Of a stretch of DNA of 19,839 nucleotides, positions 15,781-19,839 are shown piece after piece (the stretch's first letter is position 1; each line of letters opens with the position of its first letter). This DNA is from Alphaproteobacteria bacterium (GTDB lineage: Bacteria > Pseudomonadota > Alphaproteobacteria > UBA8317). The notes under the pieces are model-generated. The model was not told the DNA's origin. It saw only the letters and a list, made by a program, of their open reading frames with translations, and did no database searches. The stretch lies in the NCBI GenBank assembly GCA_038131935.1, contig JAYPQH010000012.1, positions 1 to 19,839 on the forward strand. Direction: 5' to 3'. Made by a program: the position numbers and the translations under genes.

Positions 15781-17106
15781 AGGTTGCCACAAATCCTAAT
15801 GTAAGTGCACGTAGGATCAGCAGGCACCAAAGCGCTACCCATAAACCTTGTGGACCAGCCCAAGGATATAACGCCAAAAGCACCAAGCCATAGCCTGTAG
15901 AGGCCATGAACATGGAATTGCGGATGGTGCGTCCCTTCGTAAGTCCTAAGAAATATCCATCGAGAACATAACAAGCAAAGCCCATAATGGGTGTAAAGAA
16001 CGCAAACCAGGCCAGTTGGTTTGTTAACAAAAGCACATCGTCTAACGGGCGATAAGCAAGATAAGGTCAAAGCCCACCAATAGATATGCAAAACTAATAG
16101 CGATAGAGAAAAGGCCCGCCAATAACAATCCTCGCCCCAAACTCTCGCGGGCATATGCTTTTTTCCGGGCGCCCCAGAAACGTGCGGCATAAGATTCCAC
16201 GACATCTGAAATGCCATCAACCGCAAAGGCAGCCACTTCGATGAAATGAAGCAGCACCGCATGTGCTGCGAGAACCACCGCACCAAACCTCGCGGAAAGA
16301 GCATGGAAGGCAGCAAAGCTTGCAATAAGAAGAATGGTGCGAATCATGACATGAGAATTCAAGGTGGCAAGGGGTGCAATTTCTGAAAGTTTCCATAAAC
16401 GATTGCGGTCAAAATAATAGCCACGTTTTCGTGCGATGTTGACCACCAATAATAACCCAACGCATGCGCCAAGGCTTGATGACGTTACGGTGGCCAAGCC
16501 AACACCCGCTACACCCATACCCCAAATTAAAGTAAATAAGATATTTAGTCCAAGATTGACCAAGCCGATTCCAAGATGGATCAAAAACATCATCCAACTC
16601 ATGCCATGGCCCAAAAGCCATCCATGAATAACATACACAATAAGCTGGCCAGGGGCTGCCCAGAACAAAATATCAAGATACAAACGACCCAAGGAGATAA
16701 CATTCTCCTCCGCACCCATCATGTTCAGACCCAACTCGCCCAAAAATATTGTCCCCAGTGCGGCAAGTATGAGACCGATTCCCAGGGCCAAAAGAAGTGC
16801 ACGGAATAAAATCAGGTACGGTTCATGGAGACTTTGTGCCCCAACCGCTTGGCCTGTGAGGCCAGACGTGGTCATCCTCAGGAAACCAAAAGTCCATAGA
16901 ACAAAGAAGTACAAACTGCTGCCGACCGCAACAGCGGCAAGAGCCTCGGTATTTTGAAGTCTGGCCACGACAGCTGTATCGCACACCCCGAGCAATGGTA
17001 CTGATGCGTTGGCAATGATAATGGGTAACGCCATGATCATCATAGACGCGTAAGACCGAGTTGGTAATTTTTGTGTTAGAGGGGAGGCTTCAGGGTTCAT
17101 GGCCAT
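15761..17106 (-). pseudogene. MATE family efflux transporter (DinF-like), split by one apparent frameshift near 16048
   Basis: ORF 16042-17106 (ALPIIIANASVPLLG..DTAVV, FGFLRMTTSGLTGQAVG, MIRTILL, DGI..VVE) and ORF 15761-16036 (LDGYFLGLT....IRNSM, GLW.AL...LILRAL) join if one base is added at GGG 16047-16049. It may be an intact gene with a sequencing error. Confidence 0.8.
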
Positions 17107-18004
17107 TTGGTCACATCGTGATTATACGACAAACATGAGTGCGCAACATCGTTTCCCTATGGGGAAATACAGCGCCTTGAGGGAGTTGTTACGCGCGGAT
17201 CCGAGATTTGCTGGTCGCATGGTTGAGCCTCATCCTATTAAGTTAGCACATCTGTTGGAATCCCATGATCAGGCTTATGTGGAAGCCGTGATGACGTCAA
17301 CGCACAATAGAGATCTAGAGAAGCGTCTTGGGTTGCCATTCTCGCCAGCATTGGCGCGGCGTGCATCTTTGGCTGCATCTGGCACTTTACAGGCTGCTTT
17401 ACACGCCTTGCAGCATGGCTTTGCGATGAATGCAGCAGGTGGGTCCCACCATGCGGATGTTCATGGAGGACGAGGCTTTTGCACATTTAATGATGTAGCG
17501 GTCAGTGTGAAGGTTTTAACCAAAACGCAACCGAACCTACGGATGGTGGTATTAGATCTTGATGTGCACCAAGGAGATGGAACAGCTCAAATGCTAAGAG
17601 AACTGCCAAATTGCTTCACCATCTCCGTTCATTGTGAAGACAATTATCCCCATCCCAAGACATATTCAGATTTTGATATTGGGCTTCGTCGGGGCTCTAA
17701 AGATGAAGTCTATTTAATGGCTGTAGAAAAAGCCTTGCAGCACGTGATCTCCTTTCAGCCTCATCTTGTATTTTACAATGCCGGGGTGGATATCCATAAA
17801 GAGGATCGCCTAGGACATCTGCATGTCACAGACCAAGGATTGCGCGCACGCGAAGATATGGTTTTATCCTGTTTGCACCATCTTCGCTGTCCTTTGGTTG
17901 TTGTCATGGGGGGTGGTTACGGAGTCAGTACGCAGGATATTGCCCTGCGCCATTTGGTCGTTTTTGAGCAAGCTCAAAGAATTTATTGGTCCAACAAAGC
18001 ATAA
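17099..18004 (+). CDS. Histone deacetylase family (zinc-dependent deacylase) protein
   Basis: HRFPMGKY, GGSHHA, GFCTFND, LDLDVHQGDGT, YNAGVD.H..DRLG, GGGY. Confidence 0.94.
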   Translation: MAIWSHRDYTTNMSAQHRFPMGKYSALRELLRADPRFAGRMVEPHPIKLAHLLESHDQAYVEAVMTSTHNRDLEKRLGLPFSPALARRASLAASGTLQAALHALQHGFAMNAAGGSHHADVHGGRGFCTFNDVAVSVKVLTKTQPNLRMVVLDLDVHQGDGTAQMLRELPNCFTISVHCEDNYPHPKTYSDFDIGLRRGSKDEVYLMAVEKALQHVISFQPHLVFYNAGVDIHKEDRLGHLHVTDQGLRAREDMVLSCLHHLRCPLVVVMGGGYGVSTQDIALRHLVVFEQAQRIYWSNKA

Positions 18005-19585
18005 ATATCACTTAGATGACCGGCATCATAAGGTTTCTTATCCCAACGAATTTGTGCAATGCGAGGAAACCTTAATGCGATCCCAGAGCGATGTCGGGAA
18101 GATTTCTGCACCCCTTCAAAAGCAAGCGTGACAACAAGTCCTGTATCTTTCTCATGGCTAACCTCTCGGACTGGGCCGAAGCGATTAATGGTATGTGTGC
18201 GCACAAATTTATCAAGTTTACGCAATTCTGCATCAGTGAACCCAAAATAAGCTTTGCCAATGGGGATCAGATCTTCGTCTTGCCAGCAACCAAAAGTGAA
18301 GTCTGAATACAGGGATGAGCGACGTCCATGCCCACGTTGGGCATAAAGCATCACAGCATCTACTTCAAAAGGGTCTTTTTTCCATTTCCACCAAGCACCC
18401 TTAGGCCTGCCAGGGGTATAAACACTTGACCAATGCTTCAGCATCAAACCCCTCCATCGTAGGATGTGGGGGGGTGAGCGCGCAGCTGATCAAGTTGTTC
18501 AAATGATTGTGCGCTTACCAATTGAGAAAGTTTCCACTGTGGGTGAGGGTTTTCACGTAAAAGTTGGGTTAGCTGCCCCCGTCTTTGAGAAAAATCATCT
18601 TGAGTGGTTCGGATCTCTTTTAAGGATAAAGATCATATGCCATGATCATGGCAGGTTTTGTGGCTATCAGTTTTGCGGAGGGCTTTTTTCGATTAAGTCT
18701 TGTTTGAAGGTCTTGAAAGCTTGCTATGTTGCCATCATTCAGACCAAAGCTCCCCATCAACCACATATTGCCCAGATGGTAATTGTTGTGATAATTCAGG
18801 AAGCTTTGAGATATATCTTCGCCTGTCCGTGAGTATAATTGCCAAGATGCTTGGTCGCGATGGTATTGTACCCTTATGCCATCCCATTTCCATTCCACAG
18901 CATAGGACGAGATAGAAAAACTTTTGCTCATCTCCATGGGTTTCAAGGGATGTGCCAACATGGTGAAATAAACATCATGGATGTGGGCAGGAGGTTGTGG
19001 GCCTTGCCTTCCAGCCAAGTGGAAAATTGATCGTGAGGCTGTTTTCTTAGGCCAGCTTGGCCAGTCTTCATCAATTTAAGGACCTTGGTTTGTCCAGACC
19101 ACCGCGCTAAGCTTCAGCGACCAACATCCCACTTGAAACCCCAACACGAAGCCCACCTGTTTGCACAATTTGAGTAGGGCCCAACGCTCTATGCTGCTTC
19201 AAGCGATCCGACAAGGAAGAACAGGCAATAATTCTAAAGCCTGCTGAGGGTCTGGGTAGCACCAGTCTGCACAATGTCCGGCAGCGATCCCAACTCCATG
19301 GACATTGGTTTCTGGCCATAAAAGGAGCACACTGTTTCAGCTTAAGATCCCCCACATAATCGTAGCTAAGAGCTACCAACTCATGATCACAATGTTGTGC
19401 AATGAGTGCCCTTAGCATATGGGAGTTTGATGGATTCAAGCTGAAGCGTCCATCAAGAACGTCAGAGCCAAGGAACGCTCGGGATTTTCTTGTGTAGAAA
19501 AACTAATCAATAAGCAGTCGATATTTTCCTCGCGCGAGGGCTCAAATGCCCAAGCTGATCAAAGCAATTGGGCAAACCTTCTCAT
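17983..19585 (-). pseudogene. ATP-dependent DNA ligase (DNA damage response type), fragmented by many indels
   Basis: Motif I AVEWKWDGIRVQ (in ORF 18620-19018), MLK....Y.PGRPKG.WWKWK.DP, DFTFG, SGIALRFPRI..IRWDK (in 17983-18447), SYDYVGDL (in 19107-19439); start MRRFAQLL at ATG 19585 overlaps the upstream TGA. Confidence 0.8.
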
Positions 19586-19839
19586 GTTACCTCATCATCT
19601 TCGTCGGTGTAGCCCACCAAGTGAAGGGGACGTGCCGGCTGTCCCATCAATGCGCAAGCTCTAAGAAGGGCTTCTTCGCGGCCATGGGTGATCCAAACTT
19701 CTTGGGCCTGGATCTGGCGAATTGTCATGAGCAATCCATCCCAGTCCGCATACGATGAGATATGATAAGGCCCAAACTGGCATTGTCGCTGTTTGGCACG
19801 AGCGCGCACAGCAATACATGCAACTGAACGAAGTACAAT
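19582..19839 (-). CDS. Ligase-associated DNA damage response exonuclease (beta-CASP), 3' fragment
   Basis: VRARAKQR, degenerate SDHADW motif (SSYADW), EVWITHGREEAL, L.LVGY.DE; ATGA-coupled to the ligase; runs off the window end. Confidence 0.82.
   Translation of the reverse strand: MVLRSVACIAVRARAKQRQCQFGPYHISSYADWDGLLMTIRQIQAQEVWITHGREEALLRACALMGQPARPLHLVGYTDEDDEVT

Noticed and set aside
15777-16325. 182-aa minus-strand ORF overlapping the MATE gene
   Set aside because: Third reading frame over the MATE sequence; the MATE motifs lie in the other two frames.
1-19839. CRISPR array, tRNA/rRNA, IS element, prophage or defence system
   Set aside because: No spaced repeats, cloverleaf, transposase, integrase or defence-like ORFs seen; TerB here is the solitary lysS-linked type, not a ter operon.

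Overview
Core-genome segment of an alphaproteobacterium with a Rhizobiales-like gene order and very tight gene packing (many ATGA overlaps, overlapping convergent ends). Order: pstB (5' partial)-phoU-phoB > < gcrA | ABC-2 permease > [380 bp spacer] argD-argF-hslO > < trkH-folE-apaG-metZ-radical SAM-sixA-terB | class I lysS-DUF952-pyrD > < MATE (one frameshift) | histone deacetylase family > < ATP-dependent DNA ligase (many indels) - ligase-associated exonuclease (partial). I see no tRNA, rRNA, CRISPR array or mobile element. Both ends of the window show indel-type damage in conserved motifs, probably low-quality consensus rather than biology. I cannot demonstrate a new multi-gene system. The best leads are: (1) tandem NrdR-like boxes plus a perfect DnaA box upstream of gcrA; (2) an uncharacterised Cys-rich, ArsS-like radical SAM enzyme coupled into a terB-sixA-rSAM-metZ-apaG-folE-trkH run; (3) a chain of stop/start-coupled mini-ORFs in the long argD leader; (4) a hairpin spanning the folE stop to the trkH start. 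All four are hypotheses.
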